A stretch of 64,000 bases of DNA from Candidatus Saccharimonadota bacterium (GTDB taxonomy: Bacteria > Patescibacteriota > Saccharimonadia > Saccharimonadales > Saccharimonadaceae), in assembly GCA_035399865.1 (NCBI GenBank), contig DAOPJW010000003.1, positions 72,566-136,565 on the forward strand. The letters run 5' to 3'. The translations under genes and the position numbers were made by a program. The notes beneath the pieces are model-generated. The model was not told where the DNA came from. It saw only the letters and a list, made by a program, of their open reading frames with translations, and made no database searches. Below are positions 29,774 to 39,491 of the stretch, one piece after another. Position 1 is the first letter of the stretch. Each line of letters opens with the position of its first letter.

Positions 29774-30441
29774 ATGGATAACGATGTTGCTGACATTACT
29801 GTAAAATTAAAGTCGAATGTTAAGAAAAATATTATTATCGTGGCATTGGTAATAATCGGTATTGTATTAATTGTGGCCTTGCTGGTTTAAAACTTACCAA
29901 TCTTTCTATAAATGGTAATGATTATTTGGGCGGATTTACTGGATATAACTCTGGCGTTAGTTCAAGAAAAATAAGTGATAATATTATCTCTGGTAATATA
30001 AATGGAGATAACTATGTCGGGCTTGGGACAGGTTTTAATGGTAATAACACTGCCGTTGGTAATATAACATCCGTTATTGTTGAGGGAAATGTTTCCGGAA
30101 CTAATTATATCGGAGGTATTGTTGGTTATAATGATTCTGCAAACATAAAAGGTGTTATCAGAGGTGGTAGTGTTGTGGCGAGTGGGGCAAGTCGCGGTAG
30201 AATATATGGCGGTTCATATTATGGAACAAGATTAAATCAGGCATTATCTTCCATAACGGTCAATAGTTCAACCGTCACGAGTAGTGATTTAGTTAGCAAT
30301 AACGGAAAAGACATTACTCCAGGTGATTTAGCTAATCAAGCAACATACACGAATGTCGGCTTTAACTTTACTGATGAAACTCTTGATTATATTTGGTACA
30401 TGGATGGCTCGATAATAAAATTTAGAGAAGGTGCTTCTTAG
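29774..30441 (+). pseudogene. frameshifted gene for a membrane-anchored glycine-rich (GLUG-like) repeat protein
   Basis: A 38-codon ORF (29774-29890) encodes a TM anchor and stops at TAA. The -1 frame is open from 29824 and continues as LAGLKLTNLSINGNDYLGGFTGYNSG... to 30441, with repeats such as NYIGGIVGYN. Confidence 0.5.
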
Positions 30442-30532
30442 GGTCGTATATATTCTCAAATTTTATTAAGAATTAACTAATGTAACTATATCGTAAAAAA
30501 TATAATGATAAATGAAGTGATTTAATGCAATA

Positions 30533-31126
30533 ATGAAAGATAATCAATTATTAATAAACCAGATTAAAGAAGATATTTTAAAAAACAATATCTGTCAAGA
30601 ATTAGCTAATCAAGCAAAAAATTTAGTAATGGGTGATGGCAATGTTAATGCTGATATTGTCTTAATAGGTGAAGCTCCGGGTAAAAATGAAGACGAGCAG
30701 GGACTGCCGTTCGTTGGATTAGCCGGAAAATTTTTGGATGAAATGTTACGAAGTGCTGGTATGGAACGAAATGACGTCTATATTACTAATATCGTAAAAT
30801 ACCGTCCGCCTAATAATCGAGATCCATTACCAGAAGAAAAAAAAGCTTTCTGGCCTTATTTATTAAAACAGATCCAGATAATTGATCCGAAAGTAGTAAT
30901 TACCCTTGGACGTCATAGTATGGAATATTTTCTTCCAGATATGAAAATTGGTCAAATTCATGGTCAGCCCAAGCGTATTTCTTTCGGTGATAAAAAAATT
31001 ATCATTATCCCTTTGTTTCATCCTGCAGCCGCTCTCTATAATGGGGGTTTACGACAAACACTTATAGATGATTTTTTGAGTGTCCCAGAAATAATCGCAA
31101 AAATTGATTCAGAAAAAATTAATTGA
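30533..31126 (+). CDS. uracil-DNA glycosylase, family 4
   Basis: GEAPGKNEDEQGLPFVGLAGKFL and the C-terminal HPAAALYN motif are typical of family-4 UDG. Confidence 0.85.
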   Translation: MKDNQLLINQIKEDILKNNICQELANQAKNLVMGDGNVNADIVLIGEAPGKNEDEQGLPFVGLAGKFLDEMLRSAGMERNDVYITNIVKYRPPNNRDPLPEEKKAFWPYLLKQIQIIDPKVVITLGRHSMEYFLPDMKIGQIHGQPKRISFGDKKIIIIPLFHPAAALYNGGLRQTLIDDFLSVPEIIAKIDSEKIN

Positions 31127-31256
31127 CTTTTTAATGTGTTTAATGTTACAATAACAATACCTAAAGAGGCTACTTGTAATTATCGTCTGAAAACCTCTTC
31201 TTATTGTAAGTTGAATAAATTTAAATAATAAAAATAATAGGAGAAAATATAAATCA

Positions 31257-33374
31257 ATGGGTCAAAGAAGGCTCTCTAATGTCCAAAATGATGATGTATC
31301 AAAACGTCAAGGACAGCAACAACAAAAGTCTAGATCAAATAATACTGTTCTGAATAGTATAGCTACTCGGAAGGGCGAAGTTTTTAGGGCACAACGACGT
31401 GTTAATGAAAATGTTAATGTCCGAGCAAGCCAACACATGATAGATATACCTGTTAATAAATCTATCTATAATGGCTATAGCGGACGTCAATTTAGCCCTG
31501 TTGATCAAAAGAAGCAACCTAAATCTCGTGGTCCAAAATTACGTATTTTGCCAATCGGAGGATTGGGCGAGATGGGTATCGGAAAAAATATGACAGCCAT
31601 CGAGTATGATAATGATATCATCGTTATTGACTGTGGTTTTTTGTTTCCCGGAGAAAATTATCCTGGTATAAATTACATTACCCCCGATATTACTTATCTT
31701 GAAGAAAATAAGCACAAGATCAGGGCTATTATTTTTACTCATGCTCACCTTGACCATATCGGTGGTTTCAAGCAGTTGGCCCATAGAATACCGGCTCCGG
31801 TTTATGGCACAAAGTTTACTTTGGGTATGATTCAACGAACTATGGAGGAATCTTCAAGTGGCTATGAGCCGAAATATATTGAAGTAAATCCTGATACACA
31901 CGATAGAGTTCAGATAGGCGATAGTTTTAATGTTGAATTTGTCCGTGTTGATCACTCGATTCCAGATTGTGCAGCTCTTATCATACGTACGCCACTTGGA
32001 GTTTTGGTCCATAGTGGTGACTGGCGTCTTGAAAATGCTCCAGTTGACGGAAAAAAATTTGACTTCGAACGCTTTACTGAAGTAGCAACAAAAGAAGGTA
32101 TTTTGGTGCTTATGAACGAGTCAACAAATTGTGAATCCGATGGGACTCATACTCATAGCGAGTTCGATATTCAAGAAAGTATGGGTCAAATAATGAATAA
32201 ATACCCAAACAGTCGCTTGATAATAAGTTGTTTTTCTAGCCAAATCCACCGTATGCAAGTAATTCTAGATGAAGCAAAAAAATATAATCGCAAAGTAGCT
32301 TTTGCTGGTTATAGTATGATCCAAAATCTTGAAGTTGCGTTACGATCAGGTGTAATTAAAGTGCCAAGAGATATCGTAGTAAAGATGGAAGATATTATTA
32401 AATTGCCCGATAATAAGGTTACTATCGTCTGTACTGGCTCTCAAGGTGAATTTAGTGCCGTATTAAATCGTATGGCTAGTGGTAGTCATAAATTTATAAA
32501 GATAAAAAATTCGGACGTTATCGTTTTTAGCTCAAATCCTATACCAGGAAATGAAAAATATGTCGTGCGAACAATTGATGGTTTAATGCGCGAGGGAAGT
32601 GAAGTAATTCAAAATAATAGAACTCATTTGACTGGAGTTGGTCCTTTGCATTTGTCAGGGCATGCTTATCACGATGATCACGTCAAATTTATAAGTGCCT
32701 TGAATCCAAAATATTACATCCCAATTCACGGTGAATTTCATATGCTAGTTCATAATGCCAGTATTGCTGAAAAAACCGTAGGTATAAGAAGAGAAAATAT
32801 CTTTGTCTGTGACAGTGGTGATGTCATTGAGATAACAAGCGAAAGTGCTCGCAAAGCTGGTCGTATTCCAGTTGGTGGTATTATGTACGACGATAACGAC
32901 ACGATTGTTTCTGAAGTCGTTTTAAAAGACCGAATTCATATGGCCACAGAAGGAATATTTGTCGTTGTTCTTACAGTACTAAAAGGTAGTGGAAGATTAT
33001 TAACTAGCCCTGATATCATAAGTCGAGGTTTTATTTATCTTCGTGATAATGAAGAATTGATGGGTATGATTCGTCAATATTTAAAACAAAAAGTATCTCG
33101 TTCATTTACTGCTAAGCATGTTGATTTAGATGTCATTAAAAAAGAAATCAAAGACGAAATTACTCATATCTTATATGATCAAACTCATCGTACGCCGATA
33201 GTTATTCCGGTAATTAATGAAATAGGTGGTAAAAGTCAAAAAACACCAAATGTTCCAAAGATTGAACCTGTTGACCATACGTTGGATCATATCGTGCATA
33301 AGCCTCATACCTATCAAGAAACTGATGAGACTAGACCACGACCAACTTTCAGAAATGATCGTCGCGAATATTAA
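31257..33374 (+). CDS. rnj: ribonuclease J with basic/Gln-rich N-terminal and C-terminal extensions
   Basis: Metallo-beta-lactamase HAHLDHIGG, a beta-CASP region and an RNase J C-terminal domain. About 95 extra aa at the N-terminus. Confidence 0.9.
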   Translation: MGQRRLSNVQNDDVSKRQGQQQQKSRSNNTVLNSIATRKGEVFRAQRRVNENVNVRASQHMIDIPVNKSIYNGYSGRQFSPVDQKKQPKSRGPKLRILPIGGLGEMGIGKNMTAIEYDNDIIVIDCGFLFPGENYPGINYITPDITYLEENKHKIRAIIFTHAHLDHIGGFKQLAHRIPAPVYGTKFTLGMIQRTMEESSSGYEPKYIEVNPDTHDRVQIGDSFNVEFVRVDHSIPDCAALIIRTPLGVLVHSGDWRLENAPVDGKKFDFERFTEVATKEGILVLMNESTNCESDGTHTHSEFDIQESMGQIMNKYPNSRLIISCFSSQIHRMQVILDEAKKYNRKVAFAGYSMIQNLEVALRSGVIKVPRDIVVKMEDIIKLPDNKVTIVCTGSQGEFSAVLNRMASGSHKFIKIKNSDVIVFSSNPIPGNEKYVVRTIDGLMREGSEVIQNNRTHLTGVGPLHLSGHAYHDDHVKFISALNPKYYIPIHGEFHMLVHNASIAEKTVGIRRENIFVCDSGDVIEITSESARKAGRIPVGGIMYDDNDTIVSEVVLKDRIHMATEGIFVVVLTVLKGSGRLLTSPDIISRGFIYLRDNEELMGMIRQYLKQKVSRSFTAKHVDLDVIKKEIKDEITHILYDQTHRTPIVIPVINEIGGKSQKTPNVPKIEPVDHTLDHIVHKPHTYQETDETRPRPTFRNDRREY

Positions 33375-33458
33375 GACTGCCACTTGCAAAATGTAGTAAA
33401 TTTTGCTATAATATGCTCACCAAAAGATTACAAAAGCGGTTTATAATAGGAAAGTAAT

Positions 33459-35675
33459 ATGGCAAAAAGAAAAAAACGAAAGTCAAACAGATTACAAAAA
33501 TCACAACCGCAACACAACTTGCCGACAGGTTTTTGGTCTCAAATCGGAGCACTTTTATTGATAGCAGTTTCTATTCTTTTTGTCGTAGCTTGGTTTGGTT
33601 CTGGTGGTCCGATACTTGAATGGGCTCATAGTTCTTCAATTTCAGTCATAGGCTTAGCGGTTTATGTATTACCATTATTATTTATATTTTTAGCTGTTGA
33701 AATTTTTAGATCTGAAAATAATCAATTACCATTTGTTACCAAGTTTGCTAGCGTTATTGTAATCCTATTATTTTCAGGTTTATTTGGTTTGCTAAAAAAT
33801 AACGACGGCCAAACTGAAGGGGGACTAATCGGCGAAATTGTAAATGGCGGTATGCTATCTTTAGTAGACTCTAATGTAGCTTCATTTATATACGTGTTAC
33901 TAATTATTGTAACTATGCTTTTCATATTAAGAGAAACTCCATTTACAGTAATCAAAAAAATATCGAAAATTATTAAACATGATACTTCTGAAAATGAAGC
34001 TAATATGAAAATTATGCGTAACGTTTCAGCTATTGAAACACTACGCTCAAGCGGTAATGAAATTAAAGTAAACATGCCAGATTTAAACAATGTTATTACG
34101 ACGAGAGTAAAACCAAAAATTCCTGGTCTATCTGGTGTTTCTCGAAATAAATCTTCTGATAATCAATCAGTACTAGTTACTGTAAATGATCCAAACTGGA
34201 AGTTCCCAAATCTGGAATTATTAGAAAACAGACAATCTCCTCCTGATGCTGGAAATATCCAACAAAATGCCGGTATTATAAAAAGTACACTTCGAGAATT
34301 TGATATTGAAGTTGATATTGAAGGTGCTAATATGGGTCCTCGAGTTACCCAATATACATTACTACCAGCACGTGGAATTAAACTAGATAGGATAGCATCT
34401 TATGAAAAAAATCTAATGCTTGCTTTAGGTGCTCAGAGACTACGTATCGAAGCACCAATTCCTGGTCAAAAAGCTGTCGGTATTGAAGTTCCAAATCAAA
34501 AGGCTGGTGATGTGCGTTTATATTCAATCATTGCAAGCCCTGAATGGAAGAATAAGACTGAACCACTTACTTTTGCTATTGGGCGTGATATCTCTGGAAA
34601 GGTTGTATTAGGCGAGTTAAACGATATGCCACACTTATTAATAGCAGGTCAAACTAAAGCTGGAAAATCTGTCATGATTAATACGCTTCTCACAAGTCTT
34701 TTGTACCACAATAGTCCAAGTAATATGAAAATGATTTTAATTGATCCAAAGCGTGTGGAGATGGTGGCATATCAGGATATACCTCATCTTATTACTCCAG
34801 TTATTACGGAAGCTGATAAGACAATTAGTGCTCTTAAATGGTGCGTTCAAGAAATGGAAAGGCGTTATGTCTTACTTGCTGAAAATAAAGTCGTTGATAT
34901 CAAGGAATATAATTCGGTTATTAAATCAAAAGGACGAAAAATATCAGTTACAGACGAAAATGGCTATCCTCAACAACATGAGAATGGTGCTATGCCTTAT
35001 GTCGTGATTGTTATTGATGAGCTTAGTGATTTAAAACAACAAGCACCAAAAGATTTAGAAAGCTTGATTATAAGGATAGCTCAAAAGGGTAGGGCTGCGG
35101 GATTACATTTAGTGATTGCGACTCAAAGTCCTCGCAAGGATGTTATTACTGGTCTAATAAAGGCAAACGTTCCTGCTAAAATTGCCTTTTCGGTATCTAA
35201 TCAGCTAGAAAGTAGAATAATATTAGATCAAAATGGTGCTGACAAGTTACTTGGAAATGGTGACATGTTGTTAAAAACGACCGATATGCCTGGGGCGAAA
35301 CGTGTTCAAGGTGCTTTAGTAACAAAACCTGAAGTTCGAAAAGTGATGGATTATTTACGTAGTCAATCACCTCCACAATATAATGATGAAGTCATTAGTC
35401 AACCAGTTCATCTTAACGGAAAGGGCGGGGTTATAACAGATTATGATGACGAAATTGATAATCGTTATGATGATGCTCTTAGGCTAGTAATCGAAAATCG
35501 AAAAGCAAGTACAACCTTTTTACAAATGCGTCTGAAAGTAGGTTATGCAAAAGCGGCTAGAATAATGTCTCAATTGGAAGAACGGGGAATCATAAGTCCA
35601 CCTGACGGTGCTCGTCCAAGAGAAGTATTAGTTGAAAGTATTGATGAAATAAATCAGATTAATGACAATGCGTAA
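33459..35675 (+). CDS. ftsK: DNA translocase FtsK/SpoIIIE
   Basis: N-terminal TM helices, a linker, a motor domain (PHLLIAGQTKAGKS, VIVIDELSDL, RAAGLHLVIATQ) and a gamma winged-helix domain at the C-terminus. Confidence 0.93.
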   Translation: MAKRKKRKSNRLQKSQPQHNLPTGFWSQIGALLLIAVSILFVVAWFGSGGPILEWAHSSSISVIGLAVYVLPLLFIFLAVEIFRSENNQLPFVTKFASVIVILLFSGLFGLLKNNDGQTEGGLIGEIVNGGMLSLVDSNVASFIYVLLIIVTMLFILRETPFTVIKKISKIIKHDTSENEANMKIMRNVSAIETLRSSGNEIKVNMPDLNNVITTRVKPKIPGLSGVSRNKSSDNQSVLVTVNDPNWKFPNLELLENRQSPPDAGNIQQNAGIIKSTLREFDIEVDIEGANMGPRVTQYTLLPARGIKLDRIASYEKNLMLALGAQRLRIEAPIPGQKAVGIEVPNQKAGDVRLYSIIASPEWKNKTEPLTFAIGRDISGKVVLGELNDMPHLLIAGQTKAGKSVMINTLLTSLLYHNSPSNMKMILIDPKRVEMVAYQDIPHLITPVITEADKTISALKWCVQEMERRYVLLAENKVVDIKEYNSVIKSKGRKISVTDENGYPQQHENGAMPYVVIVIDELSDLKQQAPKDLESLIIRIAQKGRAAGLHLVIATQSPRKDVITGLIKANVPAKIAFSVSNQLESRIILDQNGADKLLGNGDMLLKTTDMPGAKRVQGALVTKPEVRKVMDYLRSQSPPQYNDEVISQPVHLNGKGGVITDYDDEIDNRYDDALRLVIENRKASTTFLQMRLKVGYAKAARIMSQLEERGIISPPDGARPREVLVESIDEINQINDNA

Positions 35676-35801
35676 ATTACTCAAAATCTTGTCTAAAGAT
35701 AGACGTATCTTATAAAAACTGATATAATATAAAAGTTATTAACTCGGCTTGTATTTTAGTATAAGCATCCACAATATAAGGATTCCAGAGGAGGAAATCT
35801 A

Positions 35802-36167
35802 ATGAAAGAATACGAACTAACAGTCTTGGTTCACCCTGATTTGGAGGTGGATTTAGACACTCCGCTTGTAAAAATTCGCAAGCTTATCACGTCAAACGGT
35901 GGCGAAATTACAAAAGAAGATATTTGGGGCAAGAAAAGACTTTCTTATCGGATTAAGAAAGAAGATTTTGCAGTCTATGTCTTTTTTGAATTAAAATTAC
36001 CTACTCAAGCACCATTAAAAATTAGCAATACGCTAAATATTTCAAACGAAGTGTTGAGATATCTATTAGTTACGACTGATGAAAGAGCTCGCAAGGCAAT
36101 TCAGAATTCAAAGAATATTGAAGAACAAAATGAAAATAACGAGCAAGATATTAATGAGGAGGAGTAA
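35802..36167 (+). CDS. rpsF: 30S ribosomal protein S6 (acidic C-terminal tail)
   Basis: MKEYELTVLVHPDL start, GAGGAGG SD, and first position in the conserved rpsF-ssb-rpsR order. Confidence 0.9.
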   Translation: MKEYELTVLVHPDLEVDLDTPLVKIRKLITSNGGEITKEDIWGKKRLSYRIKKEDFAVYVFFELKLPTQAPLKISNTLNISNEVLRYLLVTTDERARKAIQNSKNIEEQNENNEQDINEEE

Positions 36168-36170
36168 AAA

Positions 36171-36611
36171 ATGGCAAAAAGTATAAACCAAGTCATATTG
36201 ATGGGACGATTAACTCGAGATCCTGAACAACGCACGACTCCAACTGGTAAAACTATCGTCAGCTTTGGTATTGCTGTTGATCGCCTTGGTCAAGATGATA
36301 CAGCTGATTTTTTCAACGTGTCCGCATGGGAAAAATTAGGTGAATTGGTTATGCAATACCTCTCAAAAGGTCGCCGTGTGCTAGTACAAGGTAGGCTACG
36401 CCAAGATAGTTGGGATGATAAAGAAACTGGCAAAAAACAAAGTCGCATCGAGGTTGTTGCTAATGATGTAACTTTCCTTGATGGTCCTAGTGGAAACAGT
36501 TCCTCGTCCGAAGAAATATCTAGTTCAAAATCAAGGTCTAAGAAATCCGAAGATGTAGTTATTGAAGATATTGAAGACAAGCCGATTGATTTAAGTGAGA
36601 TTCCATTTTAG
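36171..36611 (+). CDS. ssb: single-stranded DNA-binding protein
   Basis: OB fold (NQVILMGRLTRDPE.R.T..G) and an acidic C-terminal tip ...DLSEIPF. Confidence 0.92.
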   Translation: MAKSINQVILMGRLTRDPEQRTTPTGKTIVSFGIAVDRLGQDDTADFFNVSAWEKLGELVMQYLSKGRRVLVQGRLRQDSWDDKETGKKQSRIEVVANDVTFLDGPSGNSSSSEEISSSKSRSKKSEDVVIEDIEDKPIDLSEIPF

Positions 36612-36634
36612 TAATTTTTCAGAAAGGATAATTT

Positions 36635-36838
36635 ATGATTACAAAAAGATATAAAAAAGATGCCCTCGTATATTTTGATTATAAGGATGTAAAAACATTG
36701 CAACGCTTTATAGATATTTACGGACAAATAAAGCCTATTAGTAAGACTGGCTTGAGTTCTCGTCAACAACGACAACTTGCTACTGCTATTAAACGTGCTC
36801 GTCACCTTGCTTTGTTACCATTTGTTACTCAAGGATAA
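36635..36838 (+). CDS. rpsR: 30S ribosomal protein S18
   Basis: A 67-aa ORF with [12 protein letters not shown]...GQIKP...[26 protein letters not shown]. Confidence 0.9.
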   Translation: MITKRYKKDALVYFDYKDVKTLQRFIDIYGQIKPISKTGLSSRQQRQLATAIKRARHLALLPFVTQG

Positions 36839-36846
36839 TTTTTGAT

Positions 36847-37413
36847 ATGGCTTATCAACCAACCGACTTAAAAAAAGGTGTGGTCGTCCAGATTGATGGA
36901 AAACCTTTCCGTGTTATTGAATATAATCAAAAAGTCGTCGGACGTGGCGGAAGTATTGTTAATGTTAAAATTAAAAATCTAATTGACGGTAGTGTAATTC
37001 CAAAAACTTTCAAAGGTCAGGAAAAAATTGAATCAGCTGAAGTGAATAATCAGACTGTTCAGTATTTGTATTCGGATGGACAAAACTTTTATTTTATGGA
37101 TCCTGAAACATTTGAACAATTTCAGATTCCAGCTGATATCGTCGATGACGCAAAGAATTATCTGAAAGAGGGTGATAACTTAGTTTTGCAATTATTCAAT
37201 AGTAGAGTAATAAATGTTGAATTACCAAAGAACCTATATCTACAGGTCACATACACCGAAGACGTTACGAAAGGCGATACTACTAGTAATGTTATGAAAG
37301 ACGCGACGCTGGAGACTGGATTCATAATAAAAGTTCCAGCATTTATTAAAACTGGTGATATTGTTTCAGTCGATACTACAACAGGCGAATATCGCGAACG
37401 TAAAAAAGGCTAA
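36847..37413 (+). CDS. efp: elongation factor P
   Basis: Three-domain EF-P pattern (DLKKG..V.IDGKPF.V.E......GRGG), 188 aa. Confidence 0.93.
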   Translation: MAYQPTDLKKGVVVQIDGKPFRVIEYNQKVVGRGGSIVNVKIKNLIDGSVIPKTFKGQEKIESAEVNNQTVQYLYSDGQNFYFMDPETFEQFQIPADIVDDAKNYLKEGDNLVLQLFNSRVINVELPKNLYLQVTYTEDVTKGDTTSNVMKDATLETGFIIKVPAFIKTGDIVSVDTTTGEYRERKKG

Positions 37414-37417
37414 AAAT

Positions 37418-38137
37418 ATGCAAAAACAACGACTTGACACAACGCTTTTAAAGCGTAAATTAGTTATGAGTCGTTCTCAGGCGGAAAATTGGATTCGTCT
37501 TGGAAAAGTCTCTATTGATGGTCATGTAGTGTCCAAACCAGGTTATTTTGTAAATGATAATTCAGAGATTAAATTGGATGCAAATGAAAAGTATGTCAGT
37601 AGAGCTGGATTGAAATTAGCATCAGTCGCATCTGCCTTAAAATTAGATTTCAGAGGAAAAATAGTACTTGATGTTGGTAGTAGTACTGGTGGTTTTACAG
37701 ACTATTCACTGCAAAAAGGAGCTGAAAAAGTATACGCAGTCGATGTTGGTACTGAACAGTTACACCCAAGTTTACGCTCTGATAAACGTATTGAACTTTT
37801 CGAAAAAACTGATATAAGGGATTTTTATCTCGATATTAAGCCTGATATTATTCTTATCGACGTTTCGTTCATTTCTTTGAAACAAATTTTACCGCATATA
37901 TATAACAGTCTTGTAGATAAAAATACTCAAATTGTTGCCATGTTAAAACCTCAATTTGAAGCGGGAAAGAATCAGACAAACAAGGGAGTTATCAAAAATG
38001 ACGCTATGAGGCGACAAATAATAAAAGACTTCGAAGATTGGACACGTTCTTATTTCATTATTCGAGATAAACGTGATAGTGAAGTCGCAGGTGCCAAAGG
38101 TAACCGCGAACGCTTCTATGTATTAACAAAAATTTAA
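37418..38137 (+). CDS. tlyA: TlyA-family rRNA 2'-O-methyltransferase
   Basis: S4 domain (RLD..L.....V.SRSQAE..I..G.V), then YVSRAGLKL and the SAM motif LDVGSSTGGFTD, with KPQFEAG later. The caller's 37355 start overlaps efp, so ATG 37418 is preferred. Confidence 0.85.
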   Translation: MQKQRLDTTLLKRKLVMSRSQAENWIRLGKVSIDGHVVSKPGYFVNDNSEIKLDANEKYVSRAGLKLASVASALKLDFRGKIVLDVGSSTGGFTDYSLQKGAEKVYAVDVGTEQLHPSLRSDKRIELFEKTDIRDFYLDIKPDIILIDVSFISLKQILPHIYNSLVDKNTQIVAMLKPQFEAGKNQTNKGVIKNDAMRRQIIKDFEDWTRSYFIIRDKRDSEVAGAKGNRERFYVLTKI

Positions 38138-38167
38138 TTAATATAAATGTTAATAATTTAAAATATA

Positions 38168-38214
38168 CTTAAAATAAACTTATCAGGGTCCGACCCTGAT
38201 AAGTTTATTTTAAG
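38168..38214. repeat. REP-like hairpin, copy 6, 47-nt perfect palindrome; probable bidirectional terminator
   Basis: CTTAAAATAAACTTATCAGGG-TCCGA-CCCTGATAAGTTTATTTTAAG lies between convergent tlyA and ychF, with T-rich runs following the stem on both strands. Confidence 0.8.
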
Positions 38215-38267
38215 CTTAAGTAAACTTTGTTTTTATATTTTTAGATATTTAATTTCTTAGTTTCTAA

Positions 38268-39350
38268 TTATTTGGAGACGTTGAAGCGAAATTCGACAAT
38301 ATCACCTGGACGCATTATATAGTCACGACCTTCGGTGCGGATTTTGCCAGTCGAGCGAGCGGCGACTTCGGAACCGGTGGTGATTAAATCATCATAGTCT
38401 ACAATCTGAGCGGCGATAAAACCTTTTTCAAAATCAGTATGAATTACTCCTGCAGATTGAGGGGCAGTTGATCCCTTATGTATAGTCCATGCCCGAACCT
38501 CTTTAGGGCCAGCGGTCAAGAAACTTTGTAGTCCTAGCATATCATATGCAGTTTTAATTAATTGCACCAAACCAGTTTCTTTTACTCCGTAGCTTTCTAA
38601 TAATTCCGTAGCCTCATTTTGATTCAGTTCTCTTAATTCATCCTCAAGTTTGGCACATACAAAAATTGTTCGCGAAGGTTCGACGAGCCTTTTTAATTCA
38701 GTCTTTCTTTCTTCATTAGTAAGTGTCTCTTCATCTATATTGAACACATAAATTAACGATTTGGATGTCAGTAAATTTAAGTCTGCAAAGTACTCATTTT
38801 TTAAATTTTTTAATTCAGATATTAATTTACCTGATTTAAGGTAACTCAAGAGTTCATTTAGATAGTCGATAGTATCCTTTAATTTTGGATTTCCTTTGGC
38901 ATCTCGCATTACTTTTTGGAGGCGAGACTCTATAGTTTGAATATCGGCTAAAATGAGTTCAGTATTAATAATTTCGATATCATTTTTAGGGTTTACTTCT
39001 TTAGATACATGCATAACACTATCGTCATGAAAAGCCCGAACGATATGAATAATCGCATCGCATTGTCTGATATTAGCTAAAAATTTATTACCTAAACCTT
39101 CTCCTTGGCTTGCACCAGCAACTAAACCAGCGATATCAACAAAAGTCACCGTAGCAGGGATAATTTTTGAAGTATTATACATTTCCGCTAATTTGTTTAA
39201 GCGTGGATCTGGTACAGGTACTATACCGGTATTTGGCTCAATAGTAGCAAACGGATAATTAGCAACCAATATACTATTATCAGTTAAAGCATTAAATAAA
39301 GTGGACTTACCAACATTTGGCAACCCGACTATTCCAATAGATAAACTCAT
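38268..39350 (-). CDS. ychF: redox-regulated ATPase YchF (Obg-like GTPase family)
   Basis: GIVGLPNVGKSTLFNA, DIAGLV.GAS.GEGLGN.FL and a C-terminal TGS-like domain. Confidence 0.93.
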   Translation of the reverse strand: MSLSIGIVGLPNVGKSTLFNALTDNSILVANYPFATIEPNTGIVPVPDPRLNKLAEMYNTSKIIPATVTFVDIAGLVAGASQGEGLGNKFLANIRQCDAIIHIVRAFHDDSVMHVSKEVNPKNDIEIINTELILADIQTIESRLQKVMRDAKGNPKLKDTIDYLNELLSYLKSGKLISELKNLKNEYFADLNLLTSKSLIYVFNIDEETLTNEERKTELKRLVEPSRTIFVCAKLEDELRELNQNEATELLESYGVKETGLVQLIKTAYDMLGLQSFLTAGPKEVRAWTIHKGSTAPQSAGVIHTDFEKGFIAAQIVDYDDLITTGSEVAARSTGKIRTEGRDYIMRPGDIVEFRFNVSK

Positions 39351-39491
39351 AATAGTATTTTAACAGAGGTAATGAAATTATGCGACATTTAAAATAATTA
39401 TTTTAGCAATAGTGACCAAGATTATATAAATTAGTTTAGATTATTTTGATATGATATTATTGTATTAATAAAAACATAAGAAAGATTTCTG

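Noticed and set aside
29879-29893. GGTTTAAAAC at the frameshift point resembles the viral UUUAAAC -1 slippery heptamer, suggesting programmed frameshifting.
   Set aside because: In the zero frame the codons are CTG GTT TAA, so the X_XXY_YYZ register is not satisfied and re-pairing after a -1 slip would be poor. No obvious downstream stimulatory structure was seen. A simple indel or pseudogene is more parsimonious.
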